Shown piece after piece: positions 44,881 to 61,574 of a DNA stretch of 64,000 nt. The stretch spans positions 372,001 through 436,000 of the forward strand of contig NIVC01000575.1 of NCBI GenBank assembly GCA_002269645.1. The letters run 5' to 3'. Both the position numbers and the translations under genes were made by a program. Source of the stretch: Macrostomum lignano. Taxonomy: Eukaryota. Position 1 is the first letter of the stretch. The number at the start of each line of letters is the position of its first letter. The notes under the pieces were generated by a model, which did not search any database, was not told the origin of the DNA, and saw only the letters and a program-made list of their open reading frames with translations.

Positions 44881-45645
44881 AACAAACCCCGCGCTAGACC
44901 CCAACCCAGCACCTCTACCTACAGCTTTCGTTGGCAGTTTTATATCAATCAATTTTTTTCTGATGCATACCACTTCTAGTTTATTGTTGTTGTGATTTTA
45001 TCATAATAATAAACAATTATCAATTTTTAAACTTCCATTTTTAATGATACAAAGCAAATTTTTGCGTTCTATTTGCTGCTGACATAGATACGAGTTCCTA
45101 TATTTTTCCCCGAATCAATTGAAACGAGTAAAAACTGCCTGGATAAATTGCCCTTTGCATTGAAATTACATTTCCTCTGATACAAATATCTTCCAGAAAA
45201 TGAACAACTGTTATATTTTTAATGTTACTTTATTGCTGCTCAGTCGTTATCTATGAATCACATGGATGATATTTTATGTTTTATCAGATTCTTTTAACTC
45301 ACGAACTCTTGGATTCCTGCCCAACACTTTACTGTCAGTCCACTTTAATTGAGTTTCATGTTGTTTAAATTAAATAAACTGCAAAATTAACTAATAAGAA
45401 ATTTGCACAGATATGGTCAGGCTTTATGACGTCAGTTTCTTTTTTGAGAAATACAAGAAATAAAAAAATAATAATATCGCGGAGTTTAGCAAAAAGTTCT
45501 CTAGAAAAGAAGCTATTATACATGGACAGACAGAAAACTTTCTAACGCTCGCGTGGAAATAATAAAGACTCAAAGTGTCTGAAAATCTCTCCATGACAGT
45601 CAGTATTTTTGTTAATATGAAGCTGGACTCTACAGATTTTCATCT

Positions 45646-47976
45646 TCATCGCATCACCAGCCAGTTGTTGTACTCCATTCCCCGCTTCGCAGTTGGTCGC
45701 CTATTGGTGTCTGAAAGTCGTGTGGGTTAATTTTACGATGTCAGAATGCCAGACAGAAGGCTGCTAAGTTTAAAACTGTGGTTGAAATTTTTTCTTTGTT
45801 TTAATGCGTGACTAAAATATATTATGCCAGTTATTACATCATTAGATGAATGATAAAATAGCCAAGTAAATTGCAAAATAATGTTTTCATAAAATTGGGG
45901 CTATAAATACTTCTTCCTGCGATATACGGACGTCGACTAAGAAAGACAGGGGAGCTGAGGTGACTCAGACCTCGTGGACTAAGAAAGACAGGGGAGCTGA
46001 GGTGACTCAGACCTCGTGGACTAAAAAAGACAGGGGAGCTGAGGTGACTCAGACCTCGTGGACTAAGAAAGACAGGGGAGCTGAGGTGACTCAGACCTCG
46101 TGGACTAAGAAAGACAGGGGAGCTGAGGTGACTCAGACCTCGTGGACTAAGAAAGACAGGGGAGTACATATATTCGATGTACACTCAACAGCCGGCAGGA
46201 GACGAGATTGGCCCACCCCCAGGGCACCGAATATGTACACTCTCTGACAAAGCGAAAGTCGGGACAGATGTACATACACCCATGGGCGTGTTTGTGCTCT
46301 GGGTTAGTGGAATATGCCTGCTTTTTAATTGCCTCTCATCGCTTGAGCCAGCACCCAAAGGCACAGCCTCCCTTAAAATTACAAAAGTAATAACTAATGG
46401 CGTATAGAGAGCGTATATAAAATATGATTTACAATGTACACTCAATGTACACTGAATGTACATTCACCAGCTGGCGTGCAGTGACCAGAAAAGGCCATGT
46501 ATAGTTAATAAATTTATAAATATTGGCGTAAGCCTCCTTTAACCAATCAGATCCTAAGTAGTATATGCCAAAATTGTTAATAAGTTATATATGCTATTCA
46601 TAATTGTATGTTAAAAGCTGTTCTGAATAGTCCAGTACAACTTGTACCCGAGAGGAATCCAGTCGAGTTTTTAGTTAGAATATCAAATACGAAGTGTCGT
46701 ATTTCCTGGCTCGACTCGCGGTCTCTGCTGCTTCGTTGGCTGATTGAGCAAATGACGTGGAGTGTTTGAATCTTTAAAATAACGCTTGATAATTGAGGTT
46801 GAACCAATGCTTCTACCAATGACCACCATCTGAAAGACAATACTTACTGTGCCCATCTACCCCGCCAACTATGACCACAGCATCTCGGCTCAGTTAGGAC
46901 ACAAGGACAACTTAAGTAGAATATATATGTTACTTGAGTAGTCCTTGTTAGGACGGATACCCGACTCCCAACCCTTCTGCACCAGTCAGGCACGGACCAA
47001 CCAAAACACCCTTCTGCCCCAGGCCCTCAGTCAGGCACGGACCAACCAAAACACCCCTCTGCCCCAGTCAGGCAAGGACCAATCAAAACACCCCTCTGCC
47101 CCAGTCAGGCAAGGACCAATCAAAACACCCCTCTGCCCCAGTCAGGCACGGACCAACCAAAACACTCCTCTGCCCCAGTCAGGCACGGACCAATCAAAAC
47201 ACCCCTCTGCCCCAGTCAGGCACGGACCAATCAAAACACCCCTCTGCCCCAGTCAGGCACGGACCAATCAAAACACCCCTCTGCCCCAGTCAGGCACGGA
47301 CCAATCAAAACACCCCTCTGCCCCAGTCAGGCACGGACCAATCAAAACACCCCTCTGCCCCAGTCAGGCACGGACCAATCAAAACACCCCTCTGCCCTAG
47401 TCAGGCACGGACCAATCAAAACACCCCTCTGCCCCAGTCAGGCACGGACCAATCAAAACACCCCTCTGCCCCAGTCAGGCACGGACCAATCAAAACACCC
47501 CTCTGCCCCAGTCAGGCACGGACCAATCAAAACACTCCTCTGCCCAGTCAGGCACGGACCAATCAAAACACCCCTCTGCCCCAGTCAGGCACGGACCAAT
47601 CAAAACACCCCTCTGCCCTAGTCAGACACGGACCAATCAAAACACCCCTCTGCCCCAGTCAGGCACGGACCAACCAAAACACTCCTCTGCCCCAGTCAGG
47701 CACGGACCAACCAAAACACTCCTCTGCCCCGCCAGGCATGGACCTCCAACCCCCAACACCTTTGCCCCAGTCTGTCATGGACCTCCATCCCCAACACCTC
47801 TGCACCAGTCTCCCAGTCTTTTGCCAACCCCTTCTCAACCACTACCCCCGCCAATCACCATAGGCCTGCTGGCGGATCCGTTCAGTGGCGGCGTTGGCAA
47901 CCCGCTGCTGTTGCTGGCGGTGCTGGTCCAGAAATCCGGGCTGCAGAGCCAGTTGTCGCCTGTAGGCATCGGCCAT
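45646..47976 (-). CDS. Putative small protein (60 aa) or 3' end of a longer gene; complement(join(45646..45710,47859..47976)): MADAYRRQLALQPGFLDQHRQQQQRVANAATERIRQQAYDTNRRPTAKRGMEYNNWLVMR
   Basis: Acceptor gattgcgcag at 47988, donor G/gtgatt at 47858 and acceptor ctttcag at 45711; phases match (1/1); third codon positions are mostly G/C; no recognised homologue. Confidence 0.45.
45935..46166. repeat. 42-bp gactaagaaagacaggggagctgaggtgactcagacctcgtg array (5.5 copies)
   Basis: Direct inspection. Confidence 0.96.
46975..47800. repeat. 37-bp cccctctgccccagtcaggcacggaccaatcaaaaca minisatellite (~21 copies)
   Basis: Direct inspection. Confidence 0.97.
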
Positions 47977-49427
47977 TGACACTTGACCTGCGCAATCGGA
48001 TGGGGGGTTGGTTGGCTTTGTAGAAACTTGGGAAGTTACGGCAGCAGCTCAGAGCAACCCAGGGATTTCACAGTCTCACCATCCAAAAACTGCGTCCTCT
48101 GTCCGTCTGGCTGCATGGCGAATTTCAGGTGTCGCCAAGTGGATCCGCCCTTGCCGTTGCGCAGTCGCGGCTGCTGCCTGCGGGAGGCGGATTTGCAGTG
48201 GCGGGCGGGTGCAAGGACGCGAAATCGGAAACTGGCGGAGATAGCGCTCACGCATAGAGTGAGGCTTCAAAGTGCGAGGGGATTGGCGAATAACAAGCGA
48301 CTAGCAAAGTTAACAAGACGAGGCGCCCCGAGCAGACCAGTGGCCCACAGAGTTCAGCCTGTGAGCTCGAGTTCAGCTCTCCCGAGCCGCTTTGTGCTGG
48401 GCCGGTCCGGCCGGATCCCGCTAGCGCAGCCCGACACCGGAGCCCGCGGCCTGCCGCCGAAGGATGGAACTGGACGCCGACAGTGCGCGCGACAGCCGCC
48501 GGGTGCCAGAGAGAGCGGCTGGCCAGTGGGCAGCTTCGCCAGCCGTGGACGGCATCCGTGATGAGCGCCGGCGGTAGGACTGCAGACTCCGCGGACTCCG
48601 GCCAGCCGCGGTCGGCGGTGCTGCAGCGCGGAACAGCCGGAGGCCGGAGCGGCTCGGAGGTCCGGCTTCGGTGCCGCGGACTTGGCCGGTGCTCCGTCGG
48701 CTCCCAGCGACTGCCGCGGGTCAGGCCGGGCCCAGCCGGGCCGCTCGGCTGCCCGCCGCCCAAACGGCCGACTCGGAATGAGCGGCTGCGGCTGCGGCTG
48801 ACAGAAATGTCGGCGCGGCAGGCAGGCAGGCAGGCAGGCGGTCGGGTGGCCGCAAGAGGCTCAAGGCTGGAGAGCGCGACAGCCCGCCCGGGCCGGGGCC
48901 CGAACGGCCGCCCCCGACGGCCGTCCGACACGGCAGCGCAGCCCCGGGCGGACGGCCGGCGGAGTACGGCCGCTGGGAACCGGCCGCGGACGGGAGCCTC
49001 GCAATCCGGCCAGGTCCGAACGGCCGGCCGAACGCCGGGCAGCCAGCGACCCGGCCAGTAGCCGGCCTGTCCCGCCGCAGCCGCCGAGCAGCCTCTGGAG
49101 CTCCTGCCTGGACCGCCGCTCCGATGGCGGACCTCCGCGCCGCTCCGACCCCCAGCTGTACTGCGCCGCAGCTCCGCCGGCTGTGGTTAGTCGAAGTCGC
49201 GGCGTCCAGAATCCAGCCGCCGGATGCTGTCCCGGACGCCGGCCTGGGCCAGCGAAGTGGTCCACCGGCCAGTCGCGCTCTCAAGCGACCAGAGGCGCCG
49301 CGGCGCAACGTCGGAGCGCGGCACCTCCCAGACGGCTGCAGACCGCGGGACCGGCGCGGGCTGCACTGCGGCCGCAAGCGGGACCGGCGCGGTCGGTCCG
49401 CACAGCGGCGCTGGGAGACGAACCCGG

Positions 49428-51513
49428 CTATGGCTGCGCTCTGAGCCAAGGTGTCAGCGGTAAATCCTGCCTTGCACTTGGCAAGCTAGTCGCCCACTGA
49501 GCCAACCTGCAAACCACCTTGACAGCCCTACAAAGTTGGCGCTTTGCCGCCCCTGTTTCAGTCCCGCGTCCTTGCACCCGCAACAAACAGAATAGAGGTG
49601 GATGTTGGCTTATACAGTGAGGAACGAATCGCAAACTCTAAATAGGGTTTGTTTCGCGACTCGCCTACTGTAAGTATGAGTGGCAGCGTTTTAGCAATAG
49701 AGAAGGTGGCTGTGAACGCCGCCGCTCACCGTTCGGTTTGAGGCGGCCGGCTCTGCTTCAGGTAGGCCTTGTGGGCGTCGTCGTAGCCGTGGGCTCGGGG
49801 GCCGAACTGCAGGTGCAGCGGCGGATTCTAGAAAAATAGAATGATGAAGCATTAGCTACTCGTAAATGATACATGGAGACTTACTTAAACTGGGTATAGC
49901 GGATATTTTTGTTGTTTTATCCACTACCTTCTGTCTGTCTCTCCGAAAAGCAAAGGATTGAACGCAAAGACTGGTTTTAATGCCTGGGCTACATTTTCCC
50001 GTAGCAACTAGCCTACTGCCGAGCTCGGGCCAGAAGTGAAATGGTCGGTGATCTCTCTCGGACCGATGCGCGAGTGTATTTGACTTTGTGGGGAGAGAGA
50101 ATGAAAGATCTTAGCTCTCCTCCATTTTACTGTACGCCTTGTCACGGGCTGGGGTGGCAGTGGTCACGCTACCACACAGCCACGCAGCAGGCGCGTGTCG
50201 CACTTTTATCGCGCGACCTACACAGTCATTCGTGCAGGGGTGGCATATCAGCATTTGAACGCTGAACTAGATTTATAATGATGTATTTGTCACAAATAAG
50301 ACAGAGAGAGAGAGACAGATAAGCAAGCGACAGAAATAAGTCACGTGACAAGGCCAGAGAGAAAAATAAGTCACGTGACAAGGCCGAAGAGAAAAATAGG
50401 TCACATGACAAGGCCGAAGAGAGAAATAAGTCATATGACAAGGCCGAAGAGAGAAATAAGTCATATGACAAGGCCGAAGAGAGAAATAAGTCATATGACA
50501 AGGCCGAAGAGAGAAATAAGTCACGTGACAAGGCCGAAGAGAGAAATAAGTCACATGACAAGGCCGAAGAGAGAAATAAGTCACGTGACAAGGCCGAAGA
50601 GAGAAATAAGTCATATGACAAGGCCGAAGAGAGAAATAAGTCACATGACAAGGCCGAAGAGAGAAATAAGTCATATGACAAGGCCGAAGAGAGAAATAAG
50701 TCACGTGACAAGGCCAAAGAGAGAAATAAGTCACGTGACAAGGCCGGAGAGAAATAAGTCACGTGACAAGGCCGAAGAGAGAAATTAGTCACATGAAAAG
50801 GCCGGAGAGAGAAATATGTCACGTGACAAGGCCGGGAAAGGTAAATCATGTCACACGGCGCTGATTCATACCTGATCGTGCGGCCTCGGCGACGGCAGGA
50901 TCGGCAGTTTGGGCACCGCCGCGGTCCTCTGCTCGGCCGGCTGGGCCAAGTCCTCCGCCCGGTAGTTGACGCCGTGCCGGTTGCGGTCCCGCTCAGTCAT
51001 GCACTGCCGCAGCTCCCTGTACTGCGGGTAGTCGGGCATCACGGCGCACGGACTGACCAGCCGTTGCAGCCCGTCGCCAGCTTCGTGCAGCTGCTCCTCC
51101 TCGGGCACAGTCTGGCAGCCGCGCTGCGAAGCCTTCAGAAATTTGGCTCCGGGACCGGGCGGCTGGCGGTCCGTTGTCACGGCAACTAGGTGACTCTCGG
51201 TGTCCTGATAGCCGGACAGATTGTGACCGGACAGCTCCGAGTGCAGCCAGTGGTGCATGGAGCCATAGCTAGTGCTGTGGGTCAGAGTTGGAAGAATTTG
51301 CTTGTGGCTGAATCCTGCTGCACTTTTATTAGTCTCGCATTTCTCAGAAAGGGTGCAGCACTGAGGCAATGTCCAACTCTTTCCAACTCTTTCCCAGGTA
51401 TACGTACAAGTCACCCCCCTGAAAGAGTCCTGTTCTTCCCTGCTCTGTACTCAAATTCATAGCTCGTACCTGTTGTCATGGAAACCAGTTCCTCTGTACT
51501 CTCGGACAGACAT
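49428..51513 (-). CDS. Uncharacterised protein, ~207 aa; complement(join(49428..49506,49730..49827,50872..51274,51470..51513)); a further upstream exon near 52173-52300 is probably 5' UTR
   Basis: MSVREYRGTGFHDNSTSYGSMHHW...MPDYPQYRELRQCMTERDRNRHGVNY...NPPLHLQFGPRAHGYDDAHKAYLK. Canonical donors (gtacga, gtatga, gtgagc) and acceptors with consistent phases 2,0,2. The last exon is tentative and no family was recognised. Confidence 0.55.
50335..50835. repeat. 30-bp tcacgtgacaaggccgaagagagaaataag minisatellite (17 copies)
   Basis: Direct inspection. Confidence 0.97.
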
Positions 51514-51644
51514 ATTGTCTAGCCCCCGCAAGCACAAGCGCTTAATGAATATACAGAACGTCATATCGTTTTATACTATTTTAAGCATAAAATATAGGAC
51601 CAGTTAACTAACATGTTAAGCTATTCGTTCAAATCATACGAGCC

Positions 51645-52161
<517 letters not shown>

Positions 52162-52989
52162 GCAATACTCACCGATTCCTAGTGTGCCGTCTGCCCAGCG
52201 GGTAGCGCGGCTTTCCCAGAGCGTCCAGCGCGGCCATAGCAGAAATGCAGGTCCACAAAATCCAATTCCAATGTCAGTAGCGCCCTTTTCTACTTCGCTC
52301 TTCTTAAGCTTCAAGCTTGGCTTTTACTGTCTGGTTGTCAGGCGCAGCTAGCAGGGTGAGGGGAGGGGGGGGTTAGCGGTGAGCCCAGAGCGGAGTGAGC
52401 AAGTGCAAGGGCCTTAATCAGTGCAAAGTGCTCACCCCATACCGAGGCGAGCCGAGAACTCGAATTTATGGCGAATTATGCCGCCTCCAATGAGAGGGGT
52501 TTTGCGTCAAAGAAGGCAGATTCTGTAGGAATCTTTTGTCAGTCTGTGTGAAACAATCTGAGTCTGAGAGGGACAGAGACAGCCAGATAGAGATGGAGGT
52601 TAATATACTCAACGTGCGGCGCAGATGCACCTCTGCAAGGTGAGCTATTCGTACCGTAACGCTGGGTAAGCGAGGTGCAAATTAGCTTTGCCTTATGCCT
52701 TATGCAAGCCGTAATATCGTCTGAAGGGTCTCTCAATTATACGAGTTGAACAGAAATTTCCGGTTGCAACTGGATTTGCTTGATGAAATTATTGCTAAGC
52801 TTGGTTCAATGTCGTAGTCGAACACTATTAAGCTGCCGAGGTGTTAAAAGGCGAATTAAGACAGGGTTTTCTGAACTGATAAGAATCACAACAACGAGCG
52901 AGGTTTCTGTGTGTTTTCTCAAGTGTATTTCTTTAATCCCTTACAAAGTAGCGAAAGGCCTTCGTTTCTCTGTCAAGTATATTTTACGT

Positions 52990-53868
52990 TAATTCACAAG
53001 TTTCTCTAGTCAATTCACAAGTTTCCCTAGTCGATTCACAAGTTTCTTTAGTTGATTCACAAGTTTCTCTAGTCAATTCACAATTTTCCCTAGTCGATTC
53101 ACAAGTTTCCCTAGTTGGTTGACATATTTCTCTAGTCGATTCACAAGTTTGCCAAGCTGATTCACAAGTTTTCCTAGTTGATTCACAAGTCTCCCTAGTT
53201 GATTCACAAGTTTCCCTAGTTGATTCACAAGTCTCCCTAGTTGATTCACAAGTCTCCCTAGTTGATTCACAAGTTTCCCTAGTTGATTCACAAGTTTCCC
53301 TAGTTCGTTGACATATTTCTCTAGTCGATTCACAAGTTTGCCAAGCTGATTTACAAGTTTTCCTAGTTGATTCACAAGTCTCCCTAGTTGATTCACAAGT
53401 TTCCCTAGTTGATTCACAAGTCTCCCTAGTTGATTCACAAGTTTGCCAAATTGTTTGACACATTTCTCTAATCGATTCACAAGTTTCCCTAGTTGATTCA
53501 CAAGTTTCCCTAGTTGGTTGACACATTTCTCTAGTCGATTCACAAGTTTGCCAAGCTGATTCACAAGTTTCCCTAGTTCATTTACAAGTTTCCCTAGTTG
53601 ATTCACAAGTCTCTCTAGTTGATTCACAAGTTTCCCTAGTTGATTCACAAGTCTACCTAGTTGATTCACAAGTTTCCCTAGTTGATTCACAAGTTTTCCT
53701 AGTTGGTTGACACATTTCTCTAGTCGATCCACAAGTTTCCCTAGTTGATTCACAAGTTTCCCTAGCTGATTCACAAGTTTCCCTAGTTGATTCACAAGTC
53801 TACCTAGTTAATTCACAAGTTTCCCTAGTTGATTCACAAGTCTCCCTAGTTAATTCACAAGTTTCCCG
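52990..53868. repeat. 21-bp tagttgattcacaagtttccc minisatellite (~41 copies)
   Basis: Direct inspection. Confidence 0.97.
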
Positions 53869-54008
53869 TTCATTGGTCTTGTACACTTTGGTGTTGAATT
53901 GATTGATAATAACATTAGAAAAGCATATTAAATCAAAATTGCAATGCATTGGTTATGATTCAGTCAGATAGGCAAAGCCTAGAAGGCATTGGTTTGAAGC
54001 CAATTTGA

Positions 54009-57610
<3,602 letters not shown>

Positions 57611-57802
57611 CTCAGTCAGTCTTTCGGTGAATAAAAGAGAGTCTAGCAAGATTTGAACAAAACTGGCTCGGTGGGAATTGCCCCAGCCCTGCTTTGGGCC
57701 ATTTTATATCCATAGCACCCCCTGTGCAGCTGGCGGCATTGGGCCTTGAATTGGTCCGGCAGCAACCACCCCAACATAAGCCGGCCCAGCATTTCAAGCT
57801 GC

Positions 57803-57816
57803 GTTACCTTGGCAAC
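57803..57816. promoter_or_regulatory. Candidate RFX X-box ~190 bp upstream of the ENPP ATG
   Basis: gttaccttggcaac fits GTNRCC-N2-RGYAAC. Confidence 0.45.
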
Positions 57817-58029
57817 AGTAAGCATAACATAGCTCTGTTTCGTAAATAGAAGCATTTAGCATTAAGTTGTAACAGTTTTCGCTATAAATGCAATACAAAA
57901 TACTTGAGGTCTTAACTTAAACAGTGTGGCACTGAAGTATTGAATTATGGCCCCAGTGATAAGAGAGCGCGGGGTCTATGTATCCGACCGTGGCGCCCCG
58001 CAAAAAAACCGTGACCGTGACCCTGCATC

Positions 58030-58215
58030 TAAATCCGTGGCGCCCCCACGGCGCCCCCATCTAAACCGTGGCGCCCCCATGACGCTCCCATCTAAAACCG
58101 TGACGCCCCCGTGGAGTCCCCATCTAAATCCGTGGCGCCCACGGCGTCCCCATTATCCGTGGCGCCCACGGCGTCCCCATCTAAATCCGTGGCGCCCCCA
58201 CGGCGTCCCCATCTA
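58030..58215. repeat. ~30-bp ccgtggcgcccccacggcgtccccatctaaa repeat with internal hairpin
   Basis: ccgtgg...ccacgg inverted pair within the units. Confidence 0.85.
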
Positions 58216-58679
58216 AAAGCATGTTTAAGCATCGGCCCAAGTCTAGAAAAGCCTTGCACAAGCGAACGTCTAAAGAATTCAACGAAAAACTTCAAAATTT
58301 AAAGTGCAACCTAGCGACAGTTTTCAAACAATGACCACAGCTGGGGGATGCTGGCACGGTTTGCCTTATCAGTACTTACAAGGCGTTGAAATTATTTAAG
58401 ATAAGATTACACTGCCCGAGGCCCCTGTGCTTGAGTGGCCGCGCTTCTATCTGAAAAGAAACATTGAATTCTAGCAAGTGTAGCCGACAGTGAACAATTT
58501 GTCATTGTGTTCCAGCTGATAAGGGAGGCCGCTTTGAGCAGTAATAATTTAGTTTCAACGTTTTCAACGTTTCTTTGACATCCGCTACCATAAACCGGAG
58601 CGCAGGTTTGCGCAATGAAGAAGATTCGTTTAGGTGTTACCGGTATAATCTCAGTAGCATTCGTGTTTCACTTCGATTC

Positions 58680-59780
58680 ACAGAGATTCTCCCTCGAGAT
58701 TCGCCTTGAAAAATTTGCTCCTAAGAGATTCGCCCTCGAGATTTTAGCATGAGATTCCTCTCTAAGATTCGCTCCTGGAATTCACTACCAAAATATTCAC
58801 TCCTCAAGAGATTTGCCCCAGAGATTCGCTGCTGAGATTCGCCCTTGAGATTCGCTCCTGAGATTCGCCCCTGAAATCACTCCTAAGATTCGCCCTTGAG
58901 ATTCGCCCTTTAAATTCGCCCCTGAGATTCGCCCCTGAGATTCACCCTTGAGATTCGCCCCTGAGATTCGCCCCTGAGATTCGCCCCTGAGATTCATCCT
59001 TGAGATTCACCCTTGAGATTCGCTCCTCTAGAGATTTGCCCTTGAAATTCGCCTCTGAGATTCTCTCCTCTAGAGATTCGCCCTTGAGATTCGCCCCTAA
59101 GATTCTCCCCTGAGATTCGCCCCTGAGATTCTCCCCTGAGATTTGCCCTGAGATTCGCCCTGAGATTCGCCCCTAAGATTCGCCCCTGAGATTCGCTCCT
59201 CTAGAGATTCGCCCTTGAGATTCGCCCCTGAGATTCGCCCCTGAGATTCTCCCCTGAGATTTGCCCTGAGATTCGCCCTGAGATTCGCCCCTAAGATTCG
59301 CCCCTGAGATTCGCTCCTCTAGAGATTCGCCCTTGAGATTCGCCCCTGAGATTCGCCCCTGAGATCACTACTGAGATTCGCCGCTGAGATTCGCCACAGA
59401 GATTCGCCCTTGAGATTCGCCCCTGAAGATTCGCCCTGAAGATTCTCCCTGAAGATTCACCCTGAAGATTCGCCCTGAAGATTCGCCCTAAAGATTCGCC
59501 CCTGAAGATTCGTCCCTGAGATTCGCCCTGTAGATTCGCCCTGAAGATTCGCCCTGAAGATTCGCCCCTGAAGATTCGTCCCTGAGATTCGCCCTGTAGA
59601 TTCGCCCTAAAGATTCGCCCCTGAAGATTCGTCCCTGAGATTCGCCCTGTAGATTCGCCCTGAAGATTCGCCCCTGAAGATTCGCCCTGAAGATTCGCCC
59701 TGAAGATTCGCCCTGAAGATTCGCCCTGGAGATTAGCCTTACTAAGAAGTTTGCCTATCCAGAGACTCGCCCCTGAGATG
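58680..59780. repeat. 12-14-bp gagattcgcccct / gaagattcgccct minisatellite
   Basis: Direct inspection; lies between the divergent ENPP and EGF-like genes. Confidence 0.96.
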
Positions 59781-60071
59781 CTACTCGGCTTCCTACGCGC
59801 GCAGTAGGGTGTAGCAGATATTTCGTGCAATTCAAAGTTCGCAGCATTTCTTAGAAGAGGGGTTTAGCGAGGACGCCACTGATTGGCCAGGCCTTGGAGC
59901 TGCTATGATGGAATTCGCCCCCACACCGGCCAATCCTCGCTAACAAATGCACTGATCCCAAAGCTTTTTTCTTGCCAGTTCATCTCTCTTTCTGGGACGC
60001 TGCCGTAAAAAGCTTTTTAGTCCTCTAGAAGACAATAGTTGCGTGCCAGCTCTGAAACTCCAAGATTTGCA

Positions 60072-61543
60072 ATGTCACCGCTGCTTCTGCTTTTACTGGC
60101 AATTTCACCACTGCTGCTGGTCTCCTCTGGGAGACAAGTGGGAGCAACTGAGCTGCGTGAGTTTCTCATATTTCTATCTTTTGGTCTTTTCTGGAAATTT
60201 CTTTTCAAAGCATTTTCCACCATTGAGAGACTTTTCCCACCCTCCGGAGCCTTTCCCACCCTTAAGAGACTTTTACCACCCTTAAGAGACTTTTACCACC
60301 CTCTGGAGACTTACCTCACCCCCGAAATCTTACCGCACCCTCCGGAGACTTACCTCACCCTCCAGAGACTTACCTCACCCTTCGGAGACTTACCTCACCC
60401 TCCGGAGACTTACCTCACCCTTCGGAGACTTACCTCACCCTTCGGAGACTTACCTCACCCTCCGGAGACTTACCTCACCCTCCGGAGACTTACCTCACCC
60501 TCCGGAGACTTACCTCACCCTCCGGAGACTTACCTCACCCTCCGGAGACTTACCTCACCCTCCGGAGACTTACCTCACCCTCCGGAGACTTACCTCACCC
60601 TCCAGAGATTTACCTCACCCTCCAGAGACTTACCTCACCCTCCAGAGACTTACCTCACCCTCCGGAGACTTACCTCACCCTCCAGAGACTTACCTCACCC
60701 TCCAGAGACTTACCTCACCCTCCAGAGACTTACCTCACCCTCCAGAGACTTACCTCACCCTTCGGAGACTTTTCCCACCTTTCAAAGACTTTCCCACATT
60801 CTAATCAGAAAAGCATATTTAGAGTGCCTATCATTATTCGAACAATTCTGACAGTAAATGTTTGACGTCCAAATTTCAATTAGCAGGCTTATATATCGGT
60901 AATGAGTGGGCAGTGGGGCTAATTCACACTTCTACACCTCCAACGCACGTGGACTCATTGTCTTAATTTAAATAATCAATTGGTCAATTGAAAACCCTAT
61001 ACAGCGACCTGGCATTGAGCATGCTAGATTGATATAAGCCATATTTCATAATTCATATTAAAAAAATTCCAATGCAGTTTTTGCCGCAACTTAGTTGCAT
61101 TTCGTCCAGTCCCCAGCTAGCGGCCAAATGAGGTGGTTTTAATTAGCAATTTTTTTGCGCAGTTTTTAACGCTGTGCTGTTGATATGGTACCACGAATGC
61201 TTTCCGTGTCGAGAAAAATAGGAATTATTTTGGAATGCAAAAATTGGACGGAAATTTCAAAAGGCTGGGAGAGAGATTGGGGAGAGAGGATGGAGGAACG
61301 TCAGAGCCAATTTCCTGGGATAGACTTTACAGGGGAGGGGTGGGTAAGCCCCCCGTCTCCTAGCCTGTCGCACTGCCAGTGTGGCCAAAATGAGCTCACT
61401 ATTCTCTTTCAGTGTCTGAAACTCGCCGGGGCCCCAGCCAGCGCCTCCTAGGGGACTCTCACTGAGAGTTGCAGCAGTTGCCGCAAAGAAGCCATGCAGG
61501 TCTCGAATTAACTAATGCCCCCCCGTGGCATCGATAAGGTGTT

Positions 61544-61574
<31 letters not shown>

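Noticed and set aside
47864-48023. Plus-strand terminal exon for the C3orf20-like gene
   Set aside because: Phase-compatible, but codons are T-ending as expected for the antisense of the minus-strand exon; a nearer, stronger acceptor exists at 44089.
48421-49449. Stop-codon readthrough or selenocysteine at the single TGA (48721-48723) in a long minus-strand frame
   Set aside because: Stops are rare in all frames at this GC content; no SECIS-like element or homology supports it.
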